Of a DNA stretch of 64,000 nucleotides, positions 1 to 10,744 are shown piece after piece (positions within the stretch are counted from its first letter, which is position 1; each line of letters begins with the position of its first letter). Source of the DNA: Nostoc sp. (GTDB taxonomy: Bacteria; Cyanobacteriota; Cyanobacteriia; Cyanobacteriales; Nostocaceae). A model generated the notes under the pieces. The model was given only the letters and a program-made list of their open reading frames with translations. It was not told where the DNA came from and did no database searches. A program made the position numbers and the translations under genes. Location of the stretch: positions 384,001 to 448,000 of the forward strand of contig JBALDB010000007.1 in the NCBI GenBank assembly GCA_036918135.1, given 5' to 3'.

Positions 1-644
1 AATCTACAGGACGCTATAGCGAAGCCGAACCTTTGCTGGAGCAAGCTTTAGAACTGAGAAAACGCCTGCTGGGAGAAGAACATACCGATGTCGCCACTAC
101 TCTAAGCTATTTAGCATTAATTTACGAATTTACAGGACGCTATAGCGAAGCCGAATCTTTGTATCAGCAAGCTTTAGAACTGTGGAAACGCCTAGTGGGC
201 GAAGAACATTCCCATGTCGCCACTAGCCTGAACAATTTAGCAGCATTCTACTGTTATACACAACGCTACCGCCAAGCTGAACCTTTGCTGAAGCAGGCTT
301 TAAAACTGAGAAAACGTTTGCTGGGAGCAGAACATACCGATATTGCTACTAGCCTGAACAATTTAGGACAACTCTACGAGTCTACAGGACGCTATAGCAA
401 AGCCGAACCACTGTATCAGCAAGCTTTGGAAATGAGAAAACGCCTGCTAGGAAATCATCCTGATGTCGCCATTAGTCTGAATAATCTAGCAGCACTCTAC
501 CGTCATACAAGACGCTATAAAAAAGCCAAACCTTTGTTTGAGCAAGCTTTGAAAATTTGCGAACGGACTTTAGGTGTCAGTCATCCTACTACTATGACGG
601 TTCGGGCTAATTATGCAAGCTTTTTAAGAGAAGCATATCACTAG
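1..644 (+). CDS. Tetratricopeptide-repeat protein, C-terminal part (5' end lies outside the window)
   Basis: Frame is open from nt 3 (STGRYSEAEPL...); tandem ~42-aa repeats of the type LGEEHPDVATSLNNLA..Y...GRYSEAEPLYQQALE. Confidence 0.9.
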   Translation, partial: STGRYSEAEPLLEQALELRKRLLGEEHTDVATTLSYLALIYEFTGRYSEAESLYQQALELWKRLVGEEHSHVATSLNNLAAFYCYTQRYRQAEPLLKQALKLRKRLLGAEHTDIATSLNNLGQLYESTGRYSKAEPLYQQALEMRKRLLGNHPDVAISLNNLAALYRHTRRYKKAKPLFEQALKICERTLGVSHPTTMTVRANYASFLREAYH

Positions 645-927
645 CGACTGCCTCCAGCACCCGATAAAAGTTGCATATTTTCAATTGTTGCTTAATTGCT
701 CGAATGCAACTTGGTATGAGTCAACAGACATCAAAACTGCGGCGGGAATCGTAAATGTATTAAAGGCGGCTTCCGAAATAGGCAATTTTAGAGTTGTATC
801 TAAATCATGCCTAAGTTAATTCTAAAAAACTACACAAACTGTGAAATTTAAGTATTGTTTGAATAGTTGTAAAAAACAATACTTAAATTTCATTTTGTGA
901 GCGGAATTGATTTGTAATTATCAAAGA

Positions 928-1111
928 AAGGCAGGAGGCAGAAGGGAATTCTGGCTTCTGTAAGAACTGCTGTGACCGTTCGTGCAGCGTCTCGTAGAGA
1001 AGGAAACAAGGGTTAAAAACCCCGACTAAATTAAAAATTTGGTCGCTCTTATTAAGGAGAGGTCTGAATCCCCTTCTTAATAAAACCTTCTGCCCTCTGC
1101 CTCCTGCCTTC
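928..1111. mobile_element. MITE-like element bounded by GGCAGGAGGCAGAAGG / CCTTCTGCCCTCTGCCTCCTGCC, carrying a nested SDR-type repeat
   Basis: Inverted heptamer-derived ends; internal CGTTCGTGCAGCGTCTCGTAGAGAAGG at ~977-1003 resembles common Nostoc dispersed repeats. Confidence 0.55.
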
Positions 1112-1205
1112 TCAATAACAACTTTATTCGCGTAACTATCTAAAAAATTCATGATGTATATCTAAGCGCCATGAATACTACAGTTGAGATATTAAAATAT
1201 TTACT

Positions 1206-1805
1206 ATGATGACTCTTACAAAAACATTAGTTGAAACACAACAGTTAGAAAATATCAACTATGATTTGCAGCGTTCTAATTTTTTACAAGAAGTCATTGA
1301 AGGCTTAGAAGATGGGATTTTTATTTTAAGTAATACTGGAAAACTGCTTCATGCCAATGGTTCTGCTCATCAATTTTTTTGTCAATTTAATCAAGAAAAT
1401 TATCAGGCTAATTTTGTCCCACCAGCTATTTGGAATCTTTGCGAATCATTACTTAGCAATCAATCTTGCTTTTCTGACAAACTGATTATTTTCTCAGATG
1501 AAATTATACTTGACAAGTCAAACATTTTTCGGATTCGAGTTAGGCTAATTGATTTGGATGGTTTTGATGTACCTTGTTTATTAGTAACTATACAAAATCA
1601 AAGCGAATCTCTCAGACACATAGTACTCACTGAAGTTCAAAAATTTGAATTGACACGACGAGAAGCAGAAATTTGGTTTCTCTACAGAAACAACTACACC
1701 TACAAAGAAATTGCTACTAAGCTTTATATCACTATCAATACAGTGAAGAAACACATGAAAAATATTCATGCTAAGCGACAAGCATCTGCGTTCGCCCTGG
1801 TGTAA
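1206..1805 (+). CDS. LuxR-family HTH transcriptional regulator with PAS-like N-terminus
   Basis: C-terminal LTRREAEIW...YKEIATKLYITINTVKKHMKNIHAK; N-terminal EGLEDGIFILSNTGKLLHAN. Confidence 0.85.
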   Translation: MMTLTKTLVETQQLENINYDLQRSNFLQEVIEGLEDGIFILSNTGKLLHANGSAHQFFCQFNQENYQANFVPPAIWNLCESLLSNQSCFSDKLIIFSDEIILDKSNIFRIRVRLIDLDGFDVPCLLVTIQNQSESLRHIVLTEVQKFELTRREAEIWFLYRNNYTYKEIATKLYITINTVKKHMKNIHAKRQASAFALV

Positions 1806-1937
1806 AGTGCGATCGCTCTAGACCGACACTTCTGCGGTAGGGTGCGTTTTCACCCAGCGCCAGGCACCGACACATCATCAACAATACTTGCCGATCGCCC
1901 TTGTAGTGACCCAAAAGAGCGATCGCTGTATTTTCAG

Positions 1938-4900
1938 CTAAATGATGGCGAGATTGTTCAAACTACCGCTAAATCCAGTAATCTCTATCACAGCATCATT
2001 GGCAGATTGGAAACCAGCAGTGCTATTATTCAGTACCAAGAAGGTGCGGCTACCAAAGCTAAAGGTGACAGCACGGTTGGCAGCAAAACTACTATTGGTC
2101 AACACCGTACTGATACCAGCTTGAGTTAAAGCACTCACTGCCCCCAGTTCTCTGAGATTGGCGGCGCTGACAGCATTAGGGCCATCAATAAAATCAGTGC
2201 CAATCTTCAAGTCAGCGATCCGGTCAAAACCACTTAACAGCGAATCTGCAAAAGAAGTGTAGCCGAAGGTATCAGCACCATTGCTGCCAGTCAGCACATC
2301 GGCACCAGTACCACCGACGAGCAGGTCGTTGCTGCTACCGCCAATAAGGGTATCCTTACCTTTGCCGCCATTGAGGGTGTCATTACCATTACTGCCATCG
2401 AGCAAGTCAGGGCCGTCATTGCCACTGAGGGAATCTTTGCCCTTGCCGCCGAGTTGGCTAGAGCCAATTAAGAGGTTGACATTGCCTTGGGTTGTACCGC
2501 CCTTACCGTCAGTTATTGTGTATTGGAAGCTACCTGTACCGCTTTTTGTTGGCACAAAGACGATCGAATCATCAGCTGGATTGGCAGGCGTGAAATTGTT
2601 GAATAAGACTGCCGCACCGCCCTTGGTATTGGTAACATTGGTAATCTTCAACATATCACCAGTATCGATATCGCTGTCGTTGGCAAGTAGGGTGCCCACA
2701 GCAATAGTCTTGGGGATGAATTGAGTGGCAATTAAGGAGTCGCTGCCTGCAACTGGATTATCGTTGACACCAGTGAGAGTCAAGTTAACTTTAGCCGTGC
2801 TAGTACCACCTTTGCCATCAGAGATGGTGTAGGTAAAGCTATCACTAGCACTTGCACCCATAGCCAAAGACTCAAATTGAGCATTAGGGTTGTAGTCAAA
2901 AGTACCATTGGGCTTGAGAGTCAGCAGGGCACCAGATGCTAAGGTAATAGGGGTGTTGGCAATGACACTGTTGCCGTTAACTTTAGTGACAGTTAAACTG
3001 TCGTTATTAGCATCAGCGTCATTTGCTAAGACTTTGATCTTGACAACAGTATTTTCATTTGTAGTTGCTATATCATTTTTTGCAAAAGGTGGCTGATTGA
3101 GATTAAAAGCTAATGTTGTCGTTGCCACTGTACTGGTATTGGAGTGAGCCGCACCATCATTCACTACAAAGGTAATTTTACGGGCAGTCGTATTAGGGTT
3201 AGCCGCCGTATTGTTGTAAGTAATCGTCTTTAGGACTTGTTGATATTGAGCAACTGTGGCTGTGCCAGCCAGAGTCAACACCCCATTGCTGTAGTTGGCA
3301 GTGATGTTGGTGTTTGTGATGGTAGCAGCGAGGATTTCCGATGCAGCATCTTGGAGGTTAGTAATAGTCACTGTTGCGCCGACAAGGTTGGGGGAATTAG
3401 AGTCAATTAAACTCAAGTCACTATCGACAATCGAGACGGCAGTACCAGTAAAGCTGGTGTTGAAATCAATGCCACTGCCGTTGCTGCCATTGAGGTCGAG
3501 TTTGGGAGCAGCGTTGCCAAACACCACGTAGCTCTGCCCTTGCCCTGAATAATCGGCGTTGGGGTCGGCATTTGGTGCGCCGATAATCAGGTCATCAATG
3601 CCGTCGCCGTTGATGTCTCCGGCACTACTGACTGAGAAGCCTGATAAGTCATCTGAGTTGATGCCGTTAATGATGAAGCCGTTGCTGCCGTTGAGGGCTG
3701 AGAGGTTGAGGCTAGATGAAAAGCCACTCTTGTTGCCAAACACTACGTAGCTCTGCCCTGAACTATCGCCGTTGGGGGAGGCTTGTAGTGCGCCGATAAT
3801 CAGGTCATCAATGCCGTCGCCGTTGATGTCTCCGGCGCTGCTAACTGAGTTGCCTGATTCGTCATCTGAGTTGATGCCGTTAATGATGAAGCCGTTGCTG
3901 CCGTTGAGGCTAGAGAGGTTGAGGCTAGATGAAAAGCCACTCTTGTTGCCAAACACTACGTAGCTCTGCCCTGAATAATCGTCGTTGGGGTCGGCATTTG
4001 GTGCGCCGATAATCAGGTCATCAATGCCGTCGCCGTTGATGTCACCGACGCTACTGACTGAGTTGCCTGATTCGTCATTAAAATTGATGCCGTTAATGAT
4101 GAAGCCGTTGCTGCCGTTGAGGCTAGAGAGGTTGAGGCTAGATGAAAAGCCACTTTTGTTGCCAAACACTACGTAGCTCCGCCCTGAAATACTGCTGTTG
4201 CGGTCAGCAGTTGGTGCGCCGATAATCAGGTCATCAATGCCGTCGCCGTTGATGTCACCGGCACTACTGACTGAGTTGCCTGATTCGTCAAATGCAGCGA
4301 TGCCGTTAATGATGAAGCCGTTGCTGCCGTTGAGGCTAGAGAGGTTGAGGCTAGATGAAAAGCCACTCTTGTTGCCAAACACTACGTAGCTCTGCCCTGA
4401 ATATTCGCCGTTGGGGGAGGCTTGTAGTGCGCTGATAATCAGGTCATCAATGCCGTCGCCGTTGATGTCACCGGCACTACTGACTGAGTAGCCTGATAAG
4501 TCATCTGAGTTGATGCCGTTAATGATGAAGCCGTTGCTGCCGTTGAGGCTAGAGAGGTTGAGGCTAGATGAAAAGCCACTCTTGTTGCCAAACACTACGT
4601 AGCTCTGCCCTGAATATTCGCCGTTGGGGGAGGCTTGTAGTGCGCTGATAATCAGGTCATCAATGCCGTCGCCGTTGATGTCACCGGCACTACTGACTGA
4701 GTAGCCTGATAAGTCATCTGAGTTGATGCCGTTAATGATGAAGCCGTTGCTGCCGTTGAGGCTAGAGAGGTTGAGGCTAGATGAAAAGCCACTCTTGTTG
4801 CCAAACACTACGTAGCTCTGCCCTGAAGCAACGCCGTTGGGGTCGGCACGATATGCGCCGATAATCAGGTCATCAATGCCGTCGCCGTTGATGTCTCCGG

Positions 4901-5216
4901 CGCTACTGACTGAGAAGCCTGAGAAGTCATATGCAGCGATGCCGTTAATGATGAAGCCGTTGCTGCCGTTGAGGCTGGAGAGCTTGAGGCTAGATGAAAA
5001 GCCACTCTTGTTGCCAAACACTACGTAGCTCTGCCCTGAATCAACGCCGTTGGGGTTGGCAAATGGTGCGCCGATAATCAGGTCATCAATGCCGTCGCCG
5101 TTGATGTCTCCGGCGCTACTGACTGAGAAGCCTGAGTCGTCATATGCAGCGATGCCGTTAATGATAAAGCCGTTGCTGCCGTTGAGGGCTGACAGGTTGA
5201 AGCTTGAATTTGCCAT
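1938..5216 (-). CDS. Large surface/secreted protein: 8 FG-GAP (integrin-alpha-like) repeats, cadherin/Ig-like domains, RTX Ca-binding repeats, bluetail-like C-terminus
   Basis: 8x GDINGDGIDDLII; PPFAKNDIATTNEN...FTYTISDGKGG; GGKGKDSL/GGKGKDTL glycine-rich nonapeptides; no N-terminal signal peptide. Confidence 0.9.
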   Translation of the reverse strand: MANSSFNLSALNGSNGFIINGIAAYDDSGFSVSSAGDINGDGIDDLIIGAPFANPNGVDSGQSYVVFGNKSGFSSSLKLSSLNGSNGFIINGIAAYDFSGFSVSSAGDINGDGIDDLIIGAYRADPNGVASGQSYVVFGNKSGFSSSLNLSSLNGSNGFIINGINSDDLSGYSVSSAGDINGDGIDDLIISALQASPNGEYSGQSYVVFGNKSGFSSSLNLSSLNGSNGFIINGINSDDLSGYSVSSAGDINGDGIDDLIISALQASPNGEYSGQSYVVFGNKSGFSSSLNLSSLNGSNGFIINGIAAFDESGNSVSSAGDINGDGIDDLIIGAPTADRNSSISGRSYVVFGNKSGFSSSLNLSSLNGSNGFIINGINFNDESGNSVSSVGDINGDGIDDLIIGAPNADPNDDYSGQSYVVFGNKSGFSSSLNLSSLNGSNGFIINGINSDDESGNSVSSAGDINGDGIDDLIIGALQASPNGDSSGQSYVVFGNKSGFSSSLNLSALNGSNGFIINGINSDDLSGFSVSSAGDINGDGIDDLIIGAPNADPNADYSGQGQSYVVFGNAAPKLDLNGSNGSGIDFNTSFTGTAVSIVDSDLSLIDSNSPNLVGATVTITNLQDAASEILAATITNTNITANYSNGVLTLAGTATVAQYQQVLKTITYNNTAANPNTTARKITFVVNDGAAHSNTSTVATTTLAFNLNQPPFAKNDIATTNENTVVKIKVLANDADANNDSLTVTKVNGNSVIANTPITLASGALLTLKPNGTFDYNPNAQFESLAMGASASDSFTYTISDGKGGTSTAKVNLTLTGVNDNPVAGSDSLIATQFIPKTIAVGTLLANDSDIDTGDMLKITNVTNTKGGAAVLFNNFTPANPADDSIVFVPTKSGTGSFQYTITDGKGGTTQGNVNLLIGSSQLGGKGKDSLSGNDGPDLLDGSNGNDTLNGGKGKDTLIGGSSNDLLVGGTGADVLTGSNGADTFGYTSFADSLLSGFDRIADLKIGTDFIDGPNAVSAANLRELGAVSALTQAGISTVLTNSSFAANRAVTFSFGSRTFLVLNNSTAGFQSANDAVIEITGFSGSLNNLAII
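3511..5210 (-). repeat. Eight tandem 213-bp (71-aa) intragenic repeats
   Basis: GATAATCAGGTCATCAATGCCGTCGCCGTTGATG recurs every 213 bp; units 3 and 4 encode identical peptide. Confidence 0.95.
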
Positions 5217-6152
5217 AATTTTGTTTGTTGTTTTGATGTCGTCGAACTTTGGGATTGACCAAGATGCAATCTTCTCGGTCTTTTCTAAACTTCTCCCACA
5301 TGGGGAATAGATTTAAAAGCTATTGGGCGGCGAATTTATGGTAGTACTGCGACCCCTGTGATGTAGCTAACCTGGGGTACATATAGAACTGTTTTGACAA
5401 TGAGAATATCATTTTGCGCGATCGCTGTGTTAACTCTTCTAATAATTAATTTGTACTAATTGGCACATATATCTACTTACCAATTTGTCAACATTTAGAT
5501 GCATTTGCCCTGGTATCATCCCGACTTTCCATATCTCTGATTACCACTCAATGTAAATATTGAATTAATCATTTTTTAAGTATAAAAATATGCGTAATTA
5601 AAAGTATGAATTTTAATGCTACTTGGTTCAGTCTAAAAAGCTCAACCGAGTAGTATTGTCATAAATTTAGTCTCACGCTTGGGCAAGCTAGTACATTGGC
5701 AAGACACGTAGGTGGTTTGGACTTGAGGGGACTGTCATCGGCTCTTTGAGCTTCAAGCAACTGGCATTGCAAAGACGCTAAAGGCAAGAATTTTAAATAC
5801 TCAATTTTGGAATTTTATACTTCAATTGAGTAACACTAAAAAATAAATATGTGGATTTGACTATAATTACTCAAAACATCCATCTTTTCATCATTCGCCT
5901 GTGAATCATAATTTAAGTAAATTAGCAACACCCAAAGGTTAAATTCAGCAAACAGTTATCAGGCATATGGTGAAGGATTTTAATTGATTATCAGTTCTTG
6001 GTGTTCAACGATCGCTGATAACTGGTAACTATGTAGTAGGGGCTTAAACCCAGCGATGAAACTAACAACCGATAACTGATAACTGTTATAGGGGTTGCTT
6101 TGATTGTCGGTCAAGTTGAGAATAAATAGGCGAAGCACACGGGGAAACCAAC

Positions 6153-7583
6153 GTGAGTCAAGAATTTGATTACGATTTAGTAATTATCGGCGCTGGTGTA
6201 GGCGGACATGGCGCAGCCCTACACGCCGTAAGTTGCGGTTTAAAAACAGCGATTATTGAAGCTGCTGATATGGGAGGAACCTGTGTTAATCGCGGCTGTA
6301 TTCCTTCTAAAGCGCTGCTAGCAGCATCTGGACGTGTGCGGGAATTACGCGATGCCCACCACCTCAAGTCGCTGGGAATTCAAGTTGCAAGCGTGGAGTT
6401 CGATCGCCAAGCGATCGCTAATCATGCCTTAAATCTCGTCTCGAAGATTCAAGGCGACTTAACTAACAGTCTCAAACGTCTGGGAGTTGATATTATTCGG
6501 GGTTGGGGAAAAATCGCTGGCACACAAAAAGTCTCCATCGCAGGAGATGGCGGTGAAAAAACCATCACAGCCAAAGACATTATCCTTTCCCCTGGTTCAA
6601 TTCCTTTCGTTCCTCCAGGAATTGAAGTAGACGGTAAAACTGTGTTTACCAGCGACCAAGGTGTGAAGTTAGAATCACTACCGGAGTGGATAGCAATTAT
6701 TGGCAGTGGTTACATCGGCTTGGAGTTTTCTGATATTTACTCAGCTTTGGGCTGTGAAATCACCTTGATTGAAGCCCTAGACCAATTAATGCCAGGATTT
6801 GACCGCGACATTGCCAAACTTGCCGAACGCGTGCTGATTACTCCCCGCGACATCGAAACCAAAGTCGGGATATATGCTAAAAAAGTCATCCCTGGTTCAC
6901 CTGTGGTAATTGAGTTAGCAGATTTCAAAACCAAAGAAGATTTAGATGTCATCGAAGTAGATGCTTGCTTGGTGGCTACAGGACGCATCCCAGCAACGCA
7001 AAATCTCGGTTTAGAGTCTGTGGGTGTAGAACTCGATCGCCGGAATTTTATTCCAGTTGACGATCGCATGGCAGTATTGTCAGCAGGTGAAGTAGTGCCG
7101 CATCTGTGGGCAATTGGTGACGCTAATGGCAAAATGATGTTAGCCCATGCCGCTTCTGCTCAAGGCATCATCGCGGTGGAAAACATAGTTGGCAGGGAGA
7201 AGATAGTAGACTATCGCAGCATCCCCGCAGCAGCGTTTACCCACCCAGAAGTTAGCTATGTGGGCTTAACAGAAACAGCAGCTAAGGAAATGGGACAAGC
7301 CGAAGGGTTTGAAATCGCCACCAGTCGGAGTTACTACAAAGGAAATTCCAAAGCGCTGGCAGAAAACGAAGCCGACGGTATTGCCAAGGTGATCTATCGC
7401 AAAGACACAGGAGAAGTCTTAGGCGTTCATATTTTTGGACTCCACGCCTCAGACTTGATTCACGAAGCATCAGCCGCGATCGCTCACCGTCAATCTGTCC
7501 AAAGTCTCGCCCATCTAGTTCACGCCCACCCAACACTCTCAGAAGTCCTAGACGAAGCTTATAAACGAGCGATCGCTATTTAG
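6153..7583 (+). CDS. lpdA: Dihydrolipoyl dehydrogenase
   Basis: GAGVGG FAD motif, [13 protein letters not shown] redox disulfide, C-terminal HAHPTLSE. Confidence 0.97.
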   Translation: MSQEFDYDLVIIGAGVGGHGAALHAVSCGLKTAIIEAADMGGTCVNRGCIPSKALLAASGRVRELRDAHHLKSLGIQVASVEFDRQAIANHALNLVSKIQGDLTNSLKRLGVDIIRGWGKIAGTQKVSIAGDGGEKTITAKDIILSPGSIPFVPPGIEVDGKTVFTSDQGVKLESLPEWIAIIGSGYIGLEFSDIYSALGCEITLIEALDQLMPGFDRDIAKLAERVLITPRDIETKVGIYAKKVIPGSPVVIELADFKTKEDLDVIEVDACLVATGRIPATQNLGLESVGVELDRRNFIPVDDRMAVLSAGEVVPHLWAIGDANGKMMLAHAASAQGIIAVENIVGREKIVDYRSIPAAAFTHPEVSYVGLTETAAKEMGQAEGFEIATSRSYYKGNSKALAENEADGIAKVIYRKDTGEVLGVHIFGLHASDLIHEASAAIAHRQSVQSLAHLVHAHPTLSEVLDEAYKRAIAI

Positions 7584-7669
7584 GGATTGGGGATTGGGTA
7601 CTGGGAAGAATTCTTCCCCAGTCACCAGTCCCTAGTCCCCAGTCCCTAGTCCCTAGTCCCCAGTCCCCA
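7581..7669. repeat. STRR heptamer tandem repeats (GGGATTG then CCC(C/T)AGT), roughly inverted
   Basis: gggattggggattgggtactggg ... ccagtccctagtccccagtccctagtccctagtccccagtcccc. Confidence 0.9.
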
Positions 7670-7673
7670 ATTT

Positions 7674-8564
7674 ATGCAAATCCGTCGCCGTTCACCTAAT
7701 CCAGCTATTGCTGTATCCGTGTTACGTTATCAGGCTGCTGTGCCTGATGCAGAGCCAAACAATATTTTAGAAGAAATTGTCTGGCATAAAGAACAAGAAG
7801 TAGACCAAATGCGGGAAAGGTTACCTTTACGGGAATTGCAGAAACAGGTACTTTCCGCGCCACCAACCCGCGATTTTGTGGCGGCTTTGCGCCAAGGTAA
7901 AACCAAGCCAGCAGTGATTGCGGAAGTCAAAAAAGCTTCTCCCAGCAAAGGGGTTTTGCGAGCAGATTTCGATCCGGTAGCGATCGCTCAATCTTACGAC
8001 CAAGGCGGCGCTAGCTGTCTTTCTGTATTGACAGATGCCAAATTTTTTCAGGGCAGCTTTGACAACTTAGCCAAGGTTCGCGCTGCGGTAGATTTGCCCT
8101 TGCTGTGCAAAGATTTTATCATCTATCCGTACCAAATGTACTGGGCACGCATTCAAGGTGCAGATGCGATTTTGTTGATTGCGGCTATTCTCAACGATAA
8201 AGATTTGCAATACTTCTTGAAAATTGCCAACAACCTGAAAATGGCAGCCTTGATTGAAGTCCATAGTTTGGCAGAACTAGACCGCGTGTTAGCTTTAGAT
8301 GGCGTTTCCCTAGTGGGAATCAATAATCGCAATTTGGAAGATTTTTCTGTTGACCTTCAAACTACTTGTCAACTTTTGGCTGCAAGAGGTAGCCAATTGC
8401 AACAGAAAAACATCCTTGTTGTCAGCGAGTCAGGACTACACAAACCAGATGACTTGAGCTTAGTAGTGAAAGCAGGTACATCCGCTGTACTCATTGGAGA
8501 ATCTTTGGTCAAACAACCCGATCCTGGTGCGGCAATCGCCTCTCTATTTCCAGAGAATCTATGA
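7674..8564 (+). CDS. trpC: Indole-3-glycerol phosphate synthase
   Basis: [36 protein letters not shown] motifs. Confidence 0.97.
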   Translation: MQIRRRSPNPAIAVSVLRYQAAVPDAEPNNILEEIVWHKEQEVDQMRERLPLRELQKQVLSAPPTRDFVAALRQGKTKPAVIAEVKKASPSKGVLRADFDPVAIAQSYDQGGASCLSVLTDAKFFQGSFDNLAKVRAAVDLPLLCKDFIIYPYQMYWARIQGADAILLIAAILNDKDLQYFLKIANNLKMAALIEVHSLAELDRVLALDGVSLVGINNRNLEDFSVDLQTTCQLLAARGSQLQQKNILVVSESGLHKPDDLSLVVKAGTSAVLIGESLVKQPDPGAAIASLFPENL

Positions 8565-8573
8565 AAAAACACC

Positions 8574-8594
8574 GACCCTGTAAAAGGCAGGGTC
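8574..8594. terminator. Hairpin just downstream of trpC
   Basis: GACCCTG-TAAAAGG-CAGGGTC; no clear U-tract on + strand. Confidence 0.45.
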
Positions 8595-8842
8595 ACTGTA
8601 CATAATAGTTAGGCAATTGGGCATACTATACGTGGATATACAGCAGCTTGCTGCCTAAAATGAGCAATATCTTTGCCAAATCTTTATCGCTAGGCAAATC
8701 AAAGCCCTAAACAAATAGTTATTTGTTATGTAACAATTCATTAACAAGAGAGAAGTCTGAGTAGAGGCTTTTTCAGCTCATAACTTCAAACATTAACTCT
8801 GACTCATGAAAATCCTATAATTTGAAATGAAACTCTAACTTC

Positions 8843-9100
8843 ATGGAGCAAATTCCCCTACCTTCACCTATCCACTACGAACTTATACTTCAACTTTTAG
8901 AAAGACAAACAATGTTAGCAGTCAATGATAATCCAGATTTACGGCATCAGGTGAATCAGTTGATTATTACTCTCCGGAAAGCTGCCGTGCAACAAAAACG
9001 ACTAGAAGAAAATTGCCAGTTTTCCTCTCTGGATGTCGATCATCGTTGGTCAATCAACCATCATAACGGTAGTAAAGTTGTTGCTCCTGATTCCAGATGA
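8843..9100 (+). CDS. Small conserved cyanobacterial protein (DUF5340-like)
   Basis: PLPSPIHYELILQLLERQT...QLIITLRKA motif. Confidence 0.75.
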   Translation: MEQIPLPSPIHYELILQLLERQTMLAVNDNPDLRHQVNQLIITLRKAAVQQKRLEENCQFSSLDVDHRWSINHHNGSKVVAPDSR

Positions 9101-9722
9101 TATCATTTTGGATTTGGGATTTTAGATTGAGAATGTATTTTTTAAAATTGTTCCGTGAATCTATGTATTGCAATTATTTTTTCAAGTGGTATTAAATGTT
9201 TCAATCTAAAATTTATCATCCTTGTTAGGTTAGCTTACCAGCTAACTTTGTTTGCTCTGCAAAATCCGATCTGCTATGGCAAGCTATGCTGAAGGTAAAA
9301 ACCTTACTATTCCAAAGATTCACGCTTGTCATTATGTCCTAATCTACCTGGCAACTGCTATATTTGTGAAAATTCTGAGATTGAGATACCCGATATATTA
9401 AATATGTCGGGTATCTTGTTGATTGCATAAGTATGGCTATGTATGAAGTTAAAAATCAGCAATCTAAATTTATACAAAAATTATAATTATCAGCTTGAGA
9501 AATTTTATATCTGAAGAAGTTGATATTACTTTATAAATAAATATCAATCAGCTAAAATTTTTATAAAATCCGAAATCAAAGCATCAGTCATCAGGCAGAA
9601 TTGAGTTGGGTATTCTCTAGAAGTAATTCCGGAATTCTAAGGCTTTGGTGGAGCTTTCCTTGCTTTGCTCCTAAATTTCCCAATTATTCTTCAAAAAATT
9701 CTCTCTCAAATTTGATGAAAGA

Positions 9723-10370
9723 ATGAAATATAACAGCATTAATCAACTCTTCAGAAATAATCAGGCTTGGGTTACCGAAAAGCTGACTTTAAACCCGAAT
9801 TACTTTGAAGAATTATCTAGTGGACAAACACCACCCTTTCTGTATATCGGTTGTTCTGATAGTCGTTTGCCCTTAACAAATTTTACCCGTACAGAGCCGG
9901 GAGAGTTATTTGTACATCGTAATATTGCTAATCAAGTTTCTCTAACAGATATGAACTTCTTAGCTGTTTTAGAATATGCAATTATACATTTGGAAGTGAA
10001 ACACATTATTGTTTGTGGTCACTCCGATTGTGGAGGGATTAAGGCAGCTTTAGAATGGAAAACTATCGGAATTATTGATAACTGGGTAAATCCGATTCGG
10101 GAATTATATTTACGCAGAAAAGCAGAAATTGATGTCTTGCCAACACGAGAAGAACGTCTGAATCGATTGGCAGAAATGAATGTTGTAGCGCAAGTGAAAA
10201 ATCTATACCAAACTTCGATAATGCGTCAGGTACTTTATACCCAAAAAGCGCCTTTAGTTCATGGCTGGGTACTGAATATAAGCAGTGGGTTAATCAAAGA
10301 TTTGAATGTCTCAACTCTGGAATGGCAATTGCATAACTGCCCCTTGCTTATGGGATGGAATATAGACTAG
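9723..10370 (+). CDS. Beta-class carbonic anhydrase, no signal peptide (Can/CynT-like)
   Basis: GCSDSR, FVHRNIAN, CGHSDCGGI zinc-ligand motifs. Confidence 0.93.
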   Translation: MKYNSINQLFRNNQAWVTEKLTLNPNYFEELSSGQTPPFLYIGCSDSRLPLTNFTRTEPGELFVHRNIANQVSLTDMNFLAVLEYAIIHLEVKHIIVCGHSDCGGIKAALEWKTIGIIDNWVNPIRELYLRRKAEIDVLPTREERLNRLAEMNVVAQVKNLYQTSIMRQVLYTQKAPLVHGWVLNISSGLIKDLNVSTLEWQLHNCPLLMGWNID

Positions 10371-10602
10371 TACCGATTGGCAAAATTTATAATTAGTAAT
10401 TCGTAATTACAGTTGCCTAATGGTTTTAAACATTTTAAATCAGTAACGTGATTTAGCCGAACTGTAGTAGTTGCTGATACCAAATCCAAGACAACAAAAC
10501 TTGGGCATTGGGAGTGCTAAGTTAAAAGCGATGAGTTAGAAGTTATTAAATTACTCTTTCCCCACACTCCTCACACTTCCTCATCTCCCACTCTGTATAC
10601 GC

Positions 10603-10634
10603 AAAAACTCCACCCCTAAGAGGATGGAGTTTTT
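10603..10634. terminator. Bidirectional terminator-like hairpin between the CA gene and sbtA
   Basis: AAAAACTCCA...TGGAGTTTTT. Confidence 0.55.
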
Positions 10635-10744
10635 CATTGCCTAATTGACATAGGGTAACAAGACACGATACATCATGATCGAGCCATTAAATTTTTTCAG
10701 ATGAGAAATTTTTCTAATTCCCAACTTTACCAGTATCAGGAGGG

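Noticed and set aside
3511..5210. Regularly spaced repeats as a possible CRISPR array or DGR template
   Set aside because: Units are in-frame coding repeats with no unique spacers; no cas or reverse transcriptase gene in the window.
2281..5310. Series of + strand 63-aa ORFs and other short ORFs within the FG-GAP gene
   Set aside because: Antisense shadows of the 213-bp repeats; they recur with the repeat period and show no independent coding signal.
5325..5400. Possible riboswitch in the leader of the surface-protein gene (ACCCC...GGGGT stem, AGCTAACC)
   Set aside because: Only a fragmentary resemblance to c-di-AMP or ZTP aptamers; the other conserved blocks are missing.
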